In this document: piece by piece, positions 38,403 through 48,617 of the stretch | Layout: the number at the start of each line of letters is the position of its first letter | How positions within the stretch are numbered: position 1 is the stretch's first letter | Assembly: GCA_026395055.1 (NCBI GenBank) | Contig: JAPLZK010000001.1 | Coordinates: 81,527-145,526 of the forward strand | Length of the DNA stretch: 64,000 bases | Reading direction: 5' to 3' | Origin: Candidatus Uhrbacteria bacterium | GTDB lineage: Bacteria > Patescibacteriota > Patescibacteriia > UBA9934 > GWF2-40-263 | Notes under the pieces: generated by a model | Seen by the model: only the letters and a program-made list of their open reading frames with translations | Database searches by the model: none | Told to the model about the DNA's origin: nothing | Made by a program: the position numbers and the translations under genes

Positions 38403-39120
38403 GACACACCTCCTGGATTGTGTTTTGACGATTGGCTCCACATCGATAACAGAATCGACGTGGTTTTTCGAACGTGAAGAGACCGCACTTCGGACAATGA
38501 GTTCCCTCTTCCGCAAAGAATTGCATTCCTTTTTTTACCCAGTCATTGACGGTGAGAAGATTGTTCTCTTGTTTCCATTCTGTGAGGTACACAGGCTCAC
38601 ACATGACGGGATTCATGAGAGCGACTCGCGCATTTCCTGGAATGCCATGACGATGTGCACGTTCAATGATGATTTGTGCAATGAGCATGGATGTTGCAAT
38701 CCCGCTTGTGAGCGTGTGAACAAGACTCCAATCTAGTCCGAAGACACCATGTTCCGTTTTTGAATCTTGCGGATCCGAGAAGTACATCCATCGCACAAAT
38801 CCACCGAAGCCGAGTTTGTGTGAATCGAGGTAACAAAGATCAATCGGATCAACACCTTTGAATCCTTGAACCATTTCGCCATGCAATCCGCTTTTCATTT
38901 TATTTGGAATCATGAAAACGGAAATGTCTTTGAAGAGATGTGTGACACCTTTCCCCGTTCCATAACCAACCCACGGACATGTCAAAGCATCTTCTGGTGT
39001 CATGACAGAGGCGTCCATGAGAAAGTTTTTTTCAAATGGAGTACGCAGGTGTGGCGTGAGCGATTTTACGGGCACGCGCTTCGTGCCTGGGTGCACATAA
39101 ATACGCGTAGACATGTCCAT
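38392..39120 (-). CDS. Hypothetical protein with a C-terminal zinc ribbon
   Basis: SD GAGGAG; CPKC...CYRC at the C-terminus. Confidence 0.7.
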   Translation of the reverse strand: MDMSTRIYVHPGTKRVPVKSLTPHLRTPFEKNFLMDASVMTPEDALTCPWVGYGTGKGVTHLFKDISVFMIPNKMKSGLHGEMVQGFKGVDPIDLCYLDSHKLGFGGFVRWMYFSDPQDSKTEHGVFGLDWSLVHTLTSGIATSMLIAQIIIERAHRHGIPGNARVALMNPVMCEPVYLTEWKQENNLLTVNDWVKKGMQFFAEEGTHCPKCGLFTFEKPRRFCYRCGANRQNTIQEVCHGV

Positions 39121-39176
39121 CTCCTCTTTCAGAGATAAAAAACCTCGCAGGAACTTCCGGCGAGGTGAGAATCGAC

Positions 39177-39629
39177 TTACGTCGACAAGGCAGGAAGAAC
39201 TCCGCCAGAATGTTCGAACACTTGGCCGGGGTTGGCTCCACATGCACTGCAGAAGAGCGGAACTGTTTCCGGGTCCGCGAATGTTGCGAGTCCGCAGTTT
39301 GGACAGTTGTCCGAACCAGGGGCGAGCAATGTGTGAAGGGTACGAGCCCAATCACCTACCGTGTGCAGGTGACGTACCGCACGCCATTCACTCAGATGAG
39401 CCGTCGATGCAGGACTCAGTCCAACAAAGGCGACTTCGAGTTCCGGTGAAAGATCTGCTTCAAGAACCTTCTTGCAGCGACGCGCGAGTTCCAACATGGA
39501 AGGATTGCACTCATGCGCTTCGAAACGAATGATACACATGGGCATCAACTCCTTTCCGCGAATTTGCTTCGCGATCGATTGTGTACGAGAGAAGGGTCGG
39601 TCGGCTTGCGATGTGGTTTGAATGTGCAT
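39177..39629 (-). CDS. Hypothetical protein with a C-terminal zinc ribbon
   Basis: SD AGGAGG; CPNC...CSAC. Confidence 0.65.
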   Translation of the reverse strand: MHIQTTSQADRPFSRTQSIAKQIRGKELMPMCIIRFEAHECNPSMLELARRCKKVLEADLSPELEVAFVGLSPASTAHLSEWRAVRHLHTVGDWARTLHTLLAPGSDNCPNCGLATFADPETVPLFCSACGANPGQVFEHSGGVLPALST

Positions 39630-39780
39630 GGGGTCCTCCTATAAAGCTGTTTGGTTGATGTATCGATCAGCTTCAATACAAGCATAGGTGAGTCCAAAGA
39701 AACTCGAAATAGGCCTTGTCTGTTATTTCGACAACATTTTGACTATCGAGTTTGCACATGAGATCATAGAATATATGCAT

Positions 39781-40536
39781 ATGAACTACACATCTGACAT
39801 TCTGAAAGGGCTCGAGGCTTTTGGTCTTGACGAAAAAGAGGTCAAAGTTTATCTCGCAGGGCTTGAGATCGGAACCGCGACCGTTCTCGAGCTCTCTCGA
39901 AGAACGGAACTTCCACGCACAACGCTTTACCCAATTCTTGAACGACTTGAGCATCAAGGAGTGTTTAAAGTCGGGAAACAAAAGAATACAACCGTTTATA
40001 TCGCAGAACTTCCAGATACACTCAGTCGCCAGCTCGAGGATCGCGCAGCTCTTTTTTCAAAAACACTTCCCGCTCTTCAAACCATTCATGGTTCTGTGCA
40101 CGAAGGTCCTGGCGTTACCTTTTATGAAGGATCGGACGGGTTTAAGCGTGTTTGGAAAGCGATTATTGGATCAGGAGTAAAAGAGTATCGATTGATTACG
40201 AGCGGAACAGGACTCCTCGACTACGTAAAAGAGCCATACATCGTAAAGCGTGTGATCGCAGAACGTATGGAAAAGAAGATTTTGAGTAAACAATTAATTC
40301 CCGATAATCGTGATGCGCGAAAGATTGTGGAAAAAGATAAAGAGGAGTTGCGTGAATCCCGTTTTCTTCCAGCGGGAACTTCGCTTCCATCAACCGTTAT
40401 CATTTTTGCGGACCAAGTCGCATTTATTACCACGCGAAAAGAGAATACAATGATTTTGCTTGCGTCGGGTGACGTCGCGCTGACATATAAAACATTGTTC
40501 GATCTGATTTGGGAGAAGGCGGAAAAGGGAATCTAA
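39781..40536 (+). CDS. TrmB-family transcriptional regulator (2 of 3)
   Basis: FGLDEKEVKVYLAGLEIG...PRTTLYPILERL; FYEG linker. Confidence 0.9.
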   Translation: MNYTSDILKGLEAFGLDEKEVKVYLAGLEIGTATVLELSRRTELPRTTLYPILERLEHQGVFKVGKQKNTTVYIAELPDTLSRQLEDRAALFSKTLPALQTIHGSVHEGPGVTFYEGSDGFKRVWKAIIGSGVKEYRLITSGTGLLDYVKEPYIVKRVIAERMEKKILSKQLIPDNRDARKIVEKDKEELRESRFLPAGTSLPSTVIIFADQVAFITTRKENTMILLASGDVALTYKTLFDLIWEKAEKGI

Positions 40537-40619
40537 TAAAAACACTCGATCATTCTGATCGAGTGTTTTTATTTGGGTGTCCTCCATGATCCTGCGACTT
40601 TCTGCTACACTGTCCGTAC

Positions 40620-43379
40620 ATGAAAACTTCTCGCAAAACGCTCTATGTTCTTGATGGAAATGCCTTGCTCCACCGTGCATGGCACGCCATCCCCCCACTT
40701 GCCACCAAGGATGGCTTAATCGTAAACGCGGTTTATGGATTTACGAATGTGGTGGAAAAAATCCGTCTGACATTCAAACCAGACTATCTTTGCGTTGCAT
40801 GGGATTTGCCGGGCAAAACATTTCGTCATAAAGCAGTTGATTCGTATAAAGCTACGAGAGAAAAGAAAGAGCCAGAGCTCTACGCGCAGATTCCCATGAT
40901 TCAAGAATTACTTCTCTCGTATCATGTTCCCTCCTATAGTGCGCCTGGGTTTGAAGCCGACGACGTGATTGGAACCATTGCCGAGATGGTAAAAAAACAA
41001 AACATCAATGTCGTAATCGTGACCGGAGATATGGACGCGCTTCAACTCGTCGATGACCACGTGAGCGTTCTCTCCTTTATAAAAGGAGTGAGCGAAACAA
41101 AAGTTTATGATGAAGCGGCGGTTGTTGAACGTGTTGGATTAAAACCAACTCAGTTGATTGATTACAAAGCTTTGCGTGGAGACACATCTGACAACATTAA
41201 AGGAATTGTTGGAATCGGAGAGAAAGGTGCGCTTGAACTGATTCAAACGTTCGGAACCGTTGATGGAATTTTTGAAGCGTTAAAAAAAGGTGAGGTTCCA
41301 ACGAAGTTTGCGAAGAAGCTCGAAGGAAAAGAAGCTGTCGCAGAAGAATCAAAGATGCTGGTCACAATTATTCGTAATGTTCCTTTCAAGTTTGATCTTC
41401 AGGAAACGGTTTACCAATCACCGGATCTTGATACATTGCTCGAACTTTTTCGTAAATACGATTTTCGAACTTTGTTGCGCAAGTACAGTACGGCGATGGA
41501 AGTTCCAGAGATGGAAGCGCCACCTATTGATGATATGAGTGGAGATACTTCTTCTGTGTCATTGCGAGCGGAGCGCGGCAATCTTTTCCCACATTCCGAG
41601 GTAGACGATAAGATTGCTTCGTCGTCGATGACTCCTCCTCGCAATGACAAAGGCTTAATAAAAATCGAAATCGTTCGCGACCTCGTTTCCCTCGAATCTG
41701 CACTCATAAAAATCAAAGACGAAACAATTGGTATCTTGCTTGGCACACAAACCCCAGATCTCTTTGGAACAACACATGCTGCGTTCGCGATCTCAGACGG
41801 TGTGCATACCGTGTGTGTGATGAGTCCATCAAAGGCATTGCTCGATGTGCTCCACAAAAAAATGACACATGCGGAAAAAGTGATTGTGCATGATGAAAAG
41901 TTTTTGATGCATACGCTCGACTGGAAATTCACGAATGAGGTGTTTGATGTGATGATCGCATCGTACTTGTTGAACGCAGGTTCGCGATCGTACGATGTCG
42001 AAATAGTTTTGTCCGAAGAACTCGGAATAAAGAACGCAGAACTTTCCGTTTCATACACGAGTGAAAAAGATTACAAGAAACTAGCCGAGCTCGCGCAACA
42101 TTTGCCTGCGCTCGAGAAAGTGCTTCGCAAAAAATTGCATGAGACAGAACAAGAACATGTGTACGATCAAATTGAGATGCCGCTCATCCCCGTTCTGTAT
42201 CGCATGGAAGAAAAAGGAATTGAGGTGGATGTAAAAGCGCTCGGTGTCTTCTCGAAAGAACTTGCAAAGAACATTACGTCTCTTGAAAAAAAGATTCGTG
42301 ACATTGCGGGAGAAGACGTTAATGTGAATTCCCCTTCGCAACTTGCGCACGTTTTGTTCGAGACATTGCAGCTCTCGACCAAGCACATCAAAAAAACAAA
42401 AACAGGATTCTCAACGGCAGCAAGTGAACTTGAGAAATTAATGGATGAACATGAGATTGTGCCCATGATCTCGGAATATCGTGAGCTCGCGAAGTTACAA
42501 TCAACGTATGTCGAGGCGCTTCCGCGACAGGTCGCGAAAGATGGACGTATTCACACAACCTACAATCAAACGATCGCGGCAACAGGACGATTATCTTCTG
42601 TGGATCCAAACTTACAGAATATTCCTATTCGCACAGAACTTGGGCGAGAGATTCGTAAAACATTCGTGGCTGCAAAGGATTGTGTGCTTGTGTCTGCCGA
42701 CTATTCGCAGATTGAGCTTCGACTCGTCGCGATTCTTGCAAACGATAAGCCGTTCATCAATGCATTCAAACACGGAGCGGACATTCACACGCGTACTGCA
42801 TCGGAAGTCTGGGAGATTCCCGAGAGTGATGTGACGAAGGATCAACGTCGAGCCGCAAAGGCAATCAACTTTGGCATCATGTATGGCATGGGGCCGAGAT
42901 CGTTGTCGCGATCAACCGGACTTACAATGACGGAAGCAAAAACATTCATTGAAAAATATTTTTCCATTCACCATGCCGTTCGAGATTATCTCGATACGCT
43001 AAAAAAGAAGGCACATGAGGATGGATTTGTTCAAACCTATTTTGGACGCCGTCGATATTTTCCCGAGATTGAATCTGGAATCCAAATGCTTGTGGCACAG
43101 GCAGAACGTATGGCACAGAATATGCCCATTCAAGGAACACAGGCAGATATTGTAAAAATGGCGATGCTTTCGGTTGATGGGTGGCTCAAACAAAGTAAGT
43201 TGAAAGCGAATATCTTGTTACAGGTTCACGACGAACTTGTCCTCGAGGTTGAGCGTGAGGATGTGGACATTGTTTGCGAAGGATTAAAACAAATGATGGA
43301 AGGTGTCGCGCAATTCGAAGTACCGCTTTTGGTTGAAGTCAAAGCAGGATTGAATTGGGGAGAGATGGAAGAGGTTTAA
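40620..43379 (+). CDS. polA: DNA polymerase I
   Basis: 5'-3' exonuclease (LDGN, FEADD, GD.SDNI.G), polymerase motifs SADYSQIELR, KAINFGIMYG, QVHDEL. Confidence 0.98.
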   Translation: MKTSRKTLYVLDGNALLHRAWHAIPPLATKDGLIVNAVYGFTNVVEKIRLTFKPDYLCVAWDLPGKTFRHKAVDSYKATREKKEPELYAQIPMIQELLLSYHVPSYSAPGFEADDVIGTIAEMVKKQNINVVIVTGDMDALQLVDDHVSVLSFIKGVSETKVYDEAAVVERVGLKPTQLIDYKALRGDTSDNIKGIVGIGEKGALELIQTFGTVDGIFEALKKGEVPTKFAKKLEGKEAVAEESKMLVTIIRNVPFKFDLQETVYQSPDLDTLLELFRKYDFRTLLRKYSTAMEVPEMEAPPIDDMSGDTSSVSLRAERGNLFPHSEVDDKIASSSMTPPRNDKGLIKIEIVRDLVSLESALIKIKDETIGILLGTQTPDLFGTTHAAFAISDGVHTVCVMSPSKALLDVLHKKMTHAEKVIVHDEKFLMHTLDWKFTNEVFDVMIASYLLNAGSRSYDVEIVLSEELGIKNAELSVSYTSEKDYKKLAELAQHLPALEKVLRKKLHETEQEHVYDQIEMPLIPVLYRMEEKGIEVDVKALGVFSKELAKNITSLEKKIRDIAGEDVNVNSPSQLAHVLFETLQLSTKHIKKTKTGFSTAASELEKLMDEHEIVPMISEYRELAKLQSTYVEALPRQVAKDGRIHTTYNQTIAATGRLSSVDPNLQNIPIRTELGREIRKTFVAAKDCVLVSADYSQIELRLVAILANDKPFINAFKHGADIHTRTASEVWEIPESDVTKDQRRAAKAINFGIMYGMGPRSLSRSTGLTMTEAKTFIEKYFSIHHAVRDYLDTLKKKAHEDGFVQTYFGRRRYFPEIESGIQMLVAQAERMAQNMPIQGTQADIVKMAMLSVDGWLKQSKLKANILLQVHDELVLEVEREDVDIVCEGLKQMMEGVAQFEVPLLVEVKAGLNWGEMEEV
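41557..41649. repeat. 93-bp palindromic REP/RPE-like element inserted in frame in polA
   Basis: TGTCATTGCGAG...GCAATCTT...AAGATTGC...CTCGCAATGACA; 12-bp perfect terminal inverted repeat; 93 bp equals 31 codons. Confidence 0.85.
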
Positions 43380-43402
43380 ATTAATCTGATCTACAACGCT
43401 GT

Positions 43403-44083
43403 ATGGCACCGAAGAAAAAGAAACCATCACACGTCATGCGAGCGATTCGTGTGATGACGCATCACAAAAGTATGTTCCGTTGGTTGAATATTCTGGATCC
43501 AATTTATTGGTTTGCCTACATGCTCTCCGCGTCTATTCTTGATTTTCCTTTGCGTGAGTCTGAGATCGAGTTTGTGCATGACAACATCATTAAGCACAGA
43601 AAAGTTTTGTGGTGTAACCTCATTATGGCGATGCTTGTTGCAAAAGGTCTGACAGGACTTTCTATTGTGCAGGTTGATACGTTGATCGGTTCGCTTGTCG
43701 CGCCAGCATTTATTACGGGTGGAGCCTGGTTCGCGATTACATTCGGTGGAGTTCCAAAACGTTTGTTGCCGCTTGCAATCGACATTACGTTCTGGATGTT
43801 TGCGGCATTCACCGTTTCTCTCACAACCATGTTCGTTGGACTGTGTTTCGTTCTTCCTCCACTTGTTCTTGTCGTCTTTGGATTCATCTTATTTGCCATC
43901 CTTGTTTCTGCTGTGCGTTACGATAACGTAGATGGATTAAAAATAGGACTCGACGAAGCACTGTTGATGCACAGTCTTACACACATCAATTATCTGAGTG
44001 AAAAACAAGGAGCAGAGATTGTCGTGGACCCATCTAAGCTGAGTATCAATAAACGCGAACTGGATTATCAGGAAGATGTATAG
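43403..44083 (+). CDS. Hypothetical integral membrane protein
   Basis: 226 aa with 4-5 hydrophobic segments. Confidence 0.7.
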   Translation: MAPKKKKPSHVMRAIRVMTHHKSMFRWLNILDPIYWFAYMLSASILDFPLRESEIEFVHDNIIKHRKVLWCNLIMAMLVAKGLTGLSIVQVDTLIGSLVAPAFITGGAWFAITFGGVPKRLLPLAIDITFWMFAAFTVSLTTMFVGLCFVLPPLVLVVFGFILFAILVSAVRYDNVDGLKIGLDEALLMHSLTHINYLSEKQGAEIVVDPSKLSINKRELDYQEDV

Positions 44084-44174
44084 ATCAATTCGAAAAAAAC
44101 CACCGCGTGATGCGGTGGTTTTTTATCGCTTGCGACACGCATTGATCAACGATACAATCTAGCCAACAAATTCT

Positions 44175-46019
44175 ATGAAACAAATTCGCCTCTTTTTCGT
44201 TCCTATTCTTGTTGCCTTTGGGTTTCTGATTGCGGGAATTCTTTCCTTCAATCATTTGGATGCGACTTCCGCACGTGTGCTTCAAGCCACATTATTTTTG
44301 GGAAGCATCCCGCTTGTGTATCAATTCGTGAAAAGTATTTTGAAAGGTCAGTATGGAGTGGACATTATTGCCCTTGTTGCGATTGTGACATCATTTCTTC
44401 TTCATGAGTACATTGCGGGTTCTGTGATCGTTCTCATGCTCTCGGGTGGAGAAGCTCTCGAGGCGTATGCAGCCAGAAGATCCACACAAGAACTCACAAA
44501 ACTGCTTTCCCTTGCACCTTCCATCGCGCATCGAAAAAATGGAGATCAACTGACGGATGTTCCTGTTGAAGAGATGAAGGTTGGAGAACATCTTGTGGTA
44601 AAACCTGGAGAGGTTGTTCCGATTGACGGTGTTGTGGTTGAAGGAAAAGGATATGTAGACGAATCTTCCATCACAGGAGAAAGTGAACCTGTGTTGAAGG
44701 AGCACGGACAAATTATTTTTAGTGGAAGCGTCAATAAAACTGCGGTCCTTGAAATTCGTGCAACGCATGTATCAAGTGAGAGTCAGTACCAACGTATTGT
44801 TGCCCTCGTAAAAAATGCACAAGAGCAACGAGCGCCAATCATGCGTCTTGCTGATCGGTATGCGGTTGGATTTAGTGTCATGACATTTACGATCGCGATC
44901 GCGGCGTGGATTTTTTCAAATGATCCATCGCGATTCCTTGCTGTGCTTGTTGTTGCGACACCGTGCCCACTCATTCTTGCTGTTCCGATTGCCATCATCT
45001 CTGCTATGAGCCGTGCTGCTTCGCGCGGAATCGTTGTAAAGAATGGTCGTGCTCTAGAAATTTTAGGCGAAGCACGCGGATTCGTGTTTGATAAAACAGG
45101 CACGCTCACACTTGGCGAACCCATTCTTCAATCAATCGTTTCGCTCTCGGACATATCAGAGAAAGAAATTATTCGCATCGCTGCATCCATTGATCAACTC
45201 TCCCTTCACTTATTTGCACGCGCGCTCGTACAATTTGCAACGGAAAATCAAATTGCCTTTTCGTTCCCTGAATCATTTTCCGAAGTGATTGGAAGTGGTG
45301 TGGAAGGTGTCATTGATACGCAAACCTATTTTTTTGGAAAACTTGCACACATTAAATCTTCAGGGGTGACTGTTTCCGCAGATGAAGAAAACGCACATGA
45401 CGCATCACAGCAAGAAGGGGTGATCTCTGTGTATCTTTCCACAAAAGAAAAATTGATTGGAAAAGTTTTATTCGAAGATCGTATTCGCCCGGAGATTAAA
45501 CAGATGTTTGAAGAAATCAAAGAACATAAAATAAAACAAGTTTACATGCTGACGGGGGATCGCGCCGCGGTTGCACATCGTATTGCGGAAGAATTACATA
45601 TCAAGCATGTGAAGGCGGACATGAAGCCAGAAGATAAGTTAAATGAGATTCGCTCTCTTAGAGAAAGGTTGCATCCAATTGTTATGGTAGGTGACGGAAT
45701 CAATGATGCGCCCGCCATGGCGGCTGCGGATGTTTCGATCGCGCTTGCAGCATACGGAAGCAGTGCGTCTTCTGAAGCGGGAGACATTGTGATCGTTGTA
45801 AACAACATGTTGCGTGTCCACGATATTTTGCATATTGCTCAGCGCGCCATCCAAATCGCAAAGCAGAGTATTTATGTGGGAATTGGTGTCAGTCTGTTAC
45901 TCATGATCATTGCGTCGATGGGTTACATTCCACCCGTATTGGGAGCTGTATTACAAGAAGTTCTGGATGTGGCCGTGATTCTCAACGCTCTTCGTGTCAG
46001 TTTTGAAGACATCTCATAA
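44175..46019 (+). CDS. Heavy-metal P1B-type ATPase (P1B-5-like, no hemerythrin tail)
   Basis: TGES, ATPCPL, DKTGT, GDGINDAP, QEVLD in the last TM. Confidence 0.93.
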   Translation: MKQIRLFFVPILVAFGFLIAGILSFNHLDATSARVLQATLFLGSIPLVYQFVKSILKGQYGVDIIALVAIVTSFLLHEYIAGSVIVLMLSGGEALEAYAARRSTQELTKLLSLAPSIAHRKNGDQLTDVPVEEMKVGEHLVVKPGEVVPIDGVVVEGKGYVDESSITGESEPVLKEHGQIIFSGSVNKTAVLEIRATHVSSESQYQRIVALVKNAQEQRAPIMRLADRYAVGFSVMTFTIAIAAWIFSNDPSRFLAVLVVATPCPLILAVPIAIISAMSRAASRGIVVKNGRALEILGEARGFVFDKTGTLTLGEPILQSIVSLSDISEKEIIRIAASIDQLSLHLFARALVQFATENQIAFSFPESFSEVIGSGVEGVIDTQTYFFGKLAHIKSSGVTVSADEENAHDASQQEGVISVYLSTKEKLIGKVLFEDRIRPEIKQMFEEIKEHKIKQVYMLTGDRAAVAHRIAEELHIKHVKADMKPEDKLNEIRSLRERLHPIVMVGDGINDAPAMAAADVSIALAAYGSSASSEAGDIVIVVNNMLRVHDILHIAQRAIQIAKQSIYVGIGVSLLLMIIASMGYIPPVLGAVLQEVLDVAVILNALRVSFEDIS

Positions 46020-46072
46020 GAGATGTCTTTTTGGTTGCGAGCCGAGGGGAACCGAGATACAATCCCCTCACT

Positions 46073-47047
46073 ATGCTTCTCTTTGTCTACGGTGATGACG
46101 GTTTCCGCACGCAGGAAAAAGTCTCACAACTCAAATCCGCGTTTCGCGAGAAACATGATCCTTCCGGTTTGAACACCGTTGTTTTTCCGTCTGCGGATGG
46201 AAAGTTGATTGTCGGTGATGTCATTCAAGCGGTGACAACCATGCCGTTTCTCTCGAAACATCGCATGGTGATTATTCGAGACTTGATCGACTCGGTCAAA
46301 AAAGATGACCTCCCACTTTGGGAGTCAGGACTTTCTCGAACACCTGATTCGACGATCGTGATCCTGTGGGAATCAAAAGCAGTGGATGCTGTCGAGAAGA
46401 AACCGTTATTTAAAACATTGAAAGAACACGCGCAAGTTCACACATACCCATTTCCTGCTCTCGCAGGCTCGTCGCTTACAACATGGATTGCAGATCGCTG
46501 TAAGTCTAAAGGATCGGCGATCGAGTCAGGTGCACTTCGTGCGCTCATCGAGAGAGTTGGTGCGGACTTGTGGCAGATGAGTCATGAGATCGATAAACTC
46601 ATTGCGTTTGCAAACGGATCGACCATCAATGAGACGATGGTCACACAACTCGTACAAGCAAACTTTGAAGGAAAGATTTTCGATCTCGTCGATGCGCTCT
46701 CTCGCAAAGATGTTCATGCAAGCGTGCGTATGCTCGAAGAAGAACGTTTTGCGGGAAGTGATGATTACTATTTGATGAGCATGTTCACGCGTCAGATTCG
46801 ATTGCTTCTCGGTGCACGCTCGGTTCTCGATCAGAATCCGCGAGCGGATAAAAATGTCATCGCAACAGAATTGGATGTTCATCCATTTGTTGCGTCCAAA
46901 CTCGTGACGCAAGCAAAAAACTTTTCTTTGCAACAATTACTCGATGCACACGCACAACTTTATGAATTTGATCGCGCGATGAAGAATGGTGGAATCACGA
47001 CAGATTTGGCTGTTGATTTAATTGCAATCGATTTACTGGTAAAATGA
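46073..47047 (+). CDS. holA: DNA polymerase III delta subunit
   Basis: LFVYGDD, TMPFLSKHRMVII, EIDKL, IFDLVDA, VHPFV, D..MK.G. Confidence 0.93.
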   Translation: MLLFVYGDDGFRTQEKVSQLKSAFREKHDPSGLNTVVFPSADGKLIVGDVIQAVTTMPFLSKHRMVIIRDLIDSVKKDDLPLWESGLSRTPDSTIVILWESKAVDAVEKKPLFKTLKEHAQVHTYPFPALAGSSLTTWIADRCKSKGSAIESGALRALIERVGADLWQMSHEIDKLIAFANGSTINETMVTQLVQANFEGKIFDLVDALSRKDVHASVRMLEEERFAGSDDYYLMSMFTRQIRLLLGARSVLDQNPRADKNVIATELDVHPFVASKLVTQAKNFSLQQLLDAHAQLYEFDRAMKNGGITTDLAVDLIAIDLLVK

Positions 47048-47078
47048 GTGCGACCCATTTATTCATGCATCTTTATTT

Positions 47079-47282
47079 ATGGACACATCTCAAGAGTTAC
47101 CAGAAGGAACACACGTAAATGCGCTTGCAGAAGAAACACATTTGAATGAAGAGATTGATGCAGCAATTGCGGACGGAATCACGGCAGATCAAATCAGTGA
47201 CTTTCTCGCACAACTTGATATGGCGGAAGCGTCCCCAATGGTTGATGAGTTACGCGCAAAATTGATTGCGGCACGAGGGTAA
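47079..47282 (+). CDS. Small acidic hypothetical protein
   Basis: 67-aa ORF followed by a terminator (~47300-47328). Confidence 0.55.
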   Translation: MDTSQELPEGTHVNALAEETHLNEEIDAAIADGITADQISDFLAQLDMAEASPMVDELRAKLIAARG

Positions 47283-47419
47283 TTAAAGTTTAAAAGATAA
47301 AAAACCACCGTAAAAACGGTGGTTTTTTGTGCTTATGCATTGACAAAACCCTATTTTTATGGTATATTATTCTGTCGCAAAAGTGGTTTTTGCGTTTGAA
47401 CTTCACTGTGGAGGCTCTC

Positions 47420-48082
47420 ATGTTCACCAAGAAAACCCTTCTGTCCGATGCGTTGTTCGCAGGACAGGTTGGCGGGTTGGTGATCTACGGAGTCACCCAA
47501 GCCAACAAGATGCGTACGTCCGTTCAGGGCGTGAGCATGTCTATGTTCATTTTGTTCAGTGCGTTCGTTGTATATCTGCTTGTGCTTTCGATTCGTTCGC
47601 ATCGTGCGCAACCGAGTCGATTGACTTTTCAGATCATGACGGGTCACATCATCGGCACGTTGATGGTTGGAACGTTCACCATCATGCTCATGAAGTATTT
47701 GTTTGACGGAACCTATCAGTGGGTCGCAAACGATACAATCACGATGTGGATTTCCCTTCTCGGATGCTTGCTTATCCTTGTGGTCAGCAAAGCAAAAGGA
47801 TTGGATCTTTCGAGCCCGACGGTGCGTGGATATCTTGCGAGTTGCTGCAAAGCACTTCCGCAAGCGTTCATGGCCTGGAAGATGTGGCACACAGGCGGAG
47901 CAGGATTCGCGGCGTTTGCGATCTGGATCGCTCACGTCACAACGTTCATTCGCCTGGTGCAAGTCTGGCTTTCGATGCGCGAAGCATCAAAGGAATCAAA
48001 TCGACTCGGAATGTTCATTCCGGAAGTCACAAATGAACTCACATGGATCATGGTCACGTTCGCGTGGCTGTACGGAGGCTAA
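47420..48082 (+). CDS. 7-TM PQ-loop-like membrane protein
   Basis: SD GGAGG; two pseudo-repeats (GVTQ...QGVS; ALPQ...GAGF). Confidence 0.6.
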   Translation: MFTKKTLLSDALFAGQVGGLVIYGVTQANKMRTSVQGVSMSMFILFSAFVVYLLVLSIRSHRAQPSRLTFQIMTGHIIGTLMVGTFTIMLMKYLFDGTYQWVANDTITMWISLLGCLLILVVSKAKGLDLSSPTVRGYLASCCKALPQAFMAWKMWHTGGAGFAAFAIWIAHVTTFIRLVQVWLSMREASKESNRLGMFIPEVTNELTWIMVTFAWLYGG

Positions 48083-48202
48083 CGTAAACGGGAAAGGCGC
48101 AAGCTGAGTACTGTTTTTTTGTTTGGATCGCCGATCGCTTGACCATCAAGCGATTTTTTGATACGTTTGTGCGTCGATCAAATGGGTCGATACGGAGGAG
48201 TT

Positions 48203-48574
48203 GTGCGTCGATTCATATTTTTTTTCGCGCTTTTCGCGATGCCTGGTGCGTGTGAAAAAGTTCCTGCTCAATGTGAGGCGGGCGAGCCTACAAAAGTGGT
48301 CGTAACGGCGGTGGTTCCAGAGCAAGCTGTTGCTGCGCCGCCCCCAAGTCCTCTTCCCAACGTCTCGTACGCGACGTGTTACTCGGGCGGCCGACTCTTG
48401 TATCAAGGCCCCATCTCGTTTCTTCAATGCAACGATCATGGATTCTGCGGCATCATGGATGCCAAATCCAATAAGGGATTTTGGATCCATGCGGATTGCG
48501 TGTTTACCGATTACGATACGATCGAAAAAAGTTCGATCACAAATCTGCACCTCAATCCCAACAACGATCGGTAA
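48203..48574 (+). CDS. Small putative lipoprotein (TCYSGG motif)
   Basis: GTG start after GGAGGAG; MRRFIFFFALFAMPGAC; TCYSGGRLLYQG...DC. Confidence 0.65.
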   Translation: MRRFIFFFALFAMPGACEKVPAQCEAGEPTKVVVTAVVPEQAVAAPPPSPLPNVSYATCYSGGRLLYQGPISFLQCNDHGFCGIMDAKSNKGFWIHADCVFTDYDTIEKSSITNLHLNPNNDR

Positions 48575-48617
48575 CGTTGCCGTCGTTGTCTGCTCATTCA
48601 ACCCTTTGGAGGAATAC

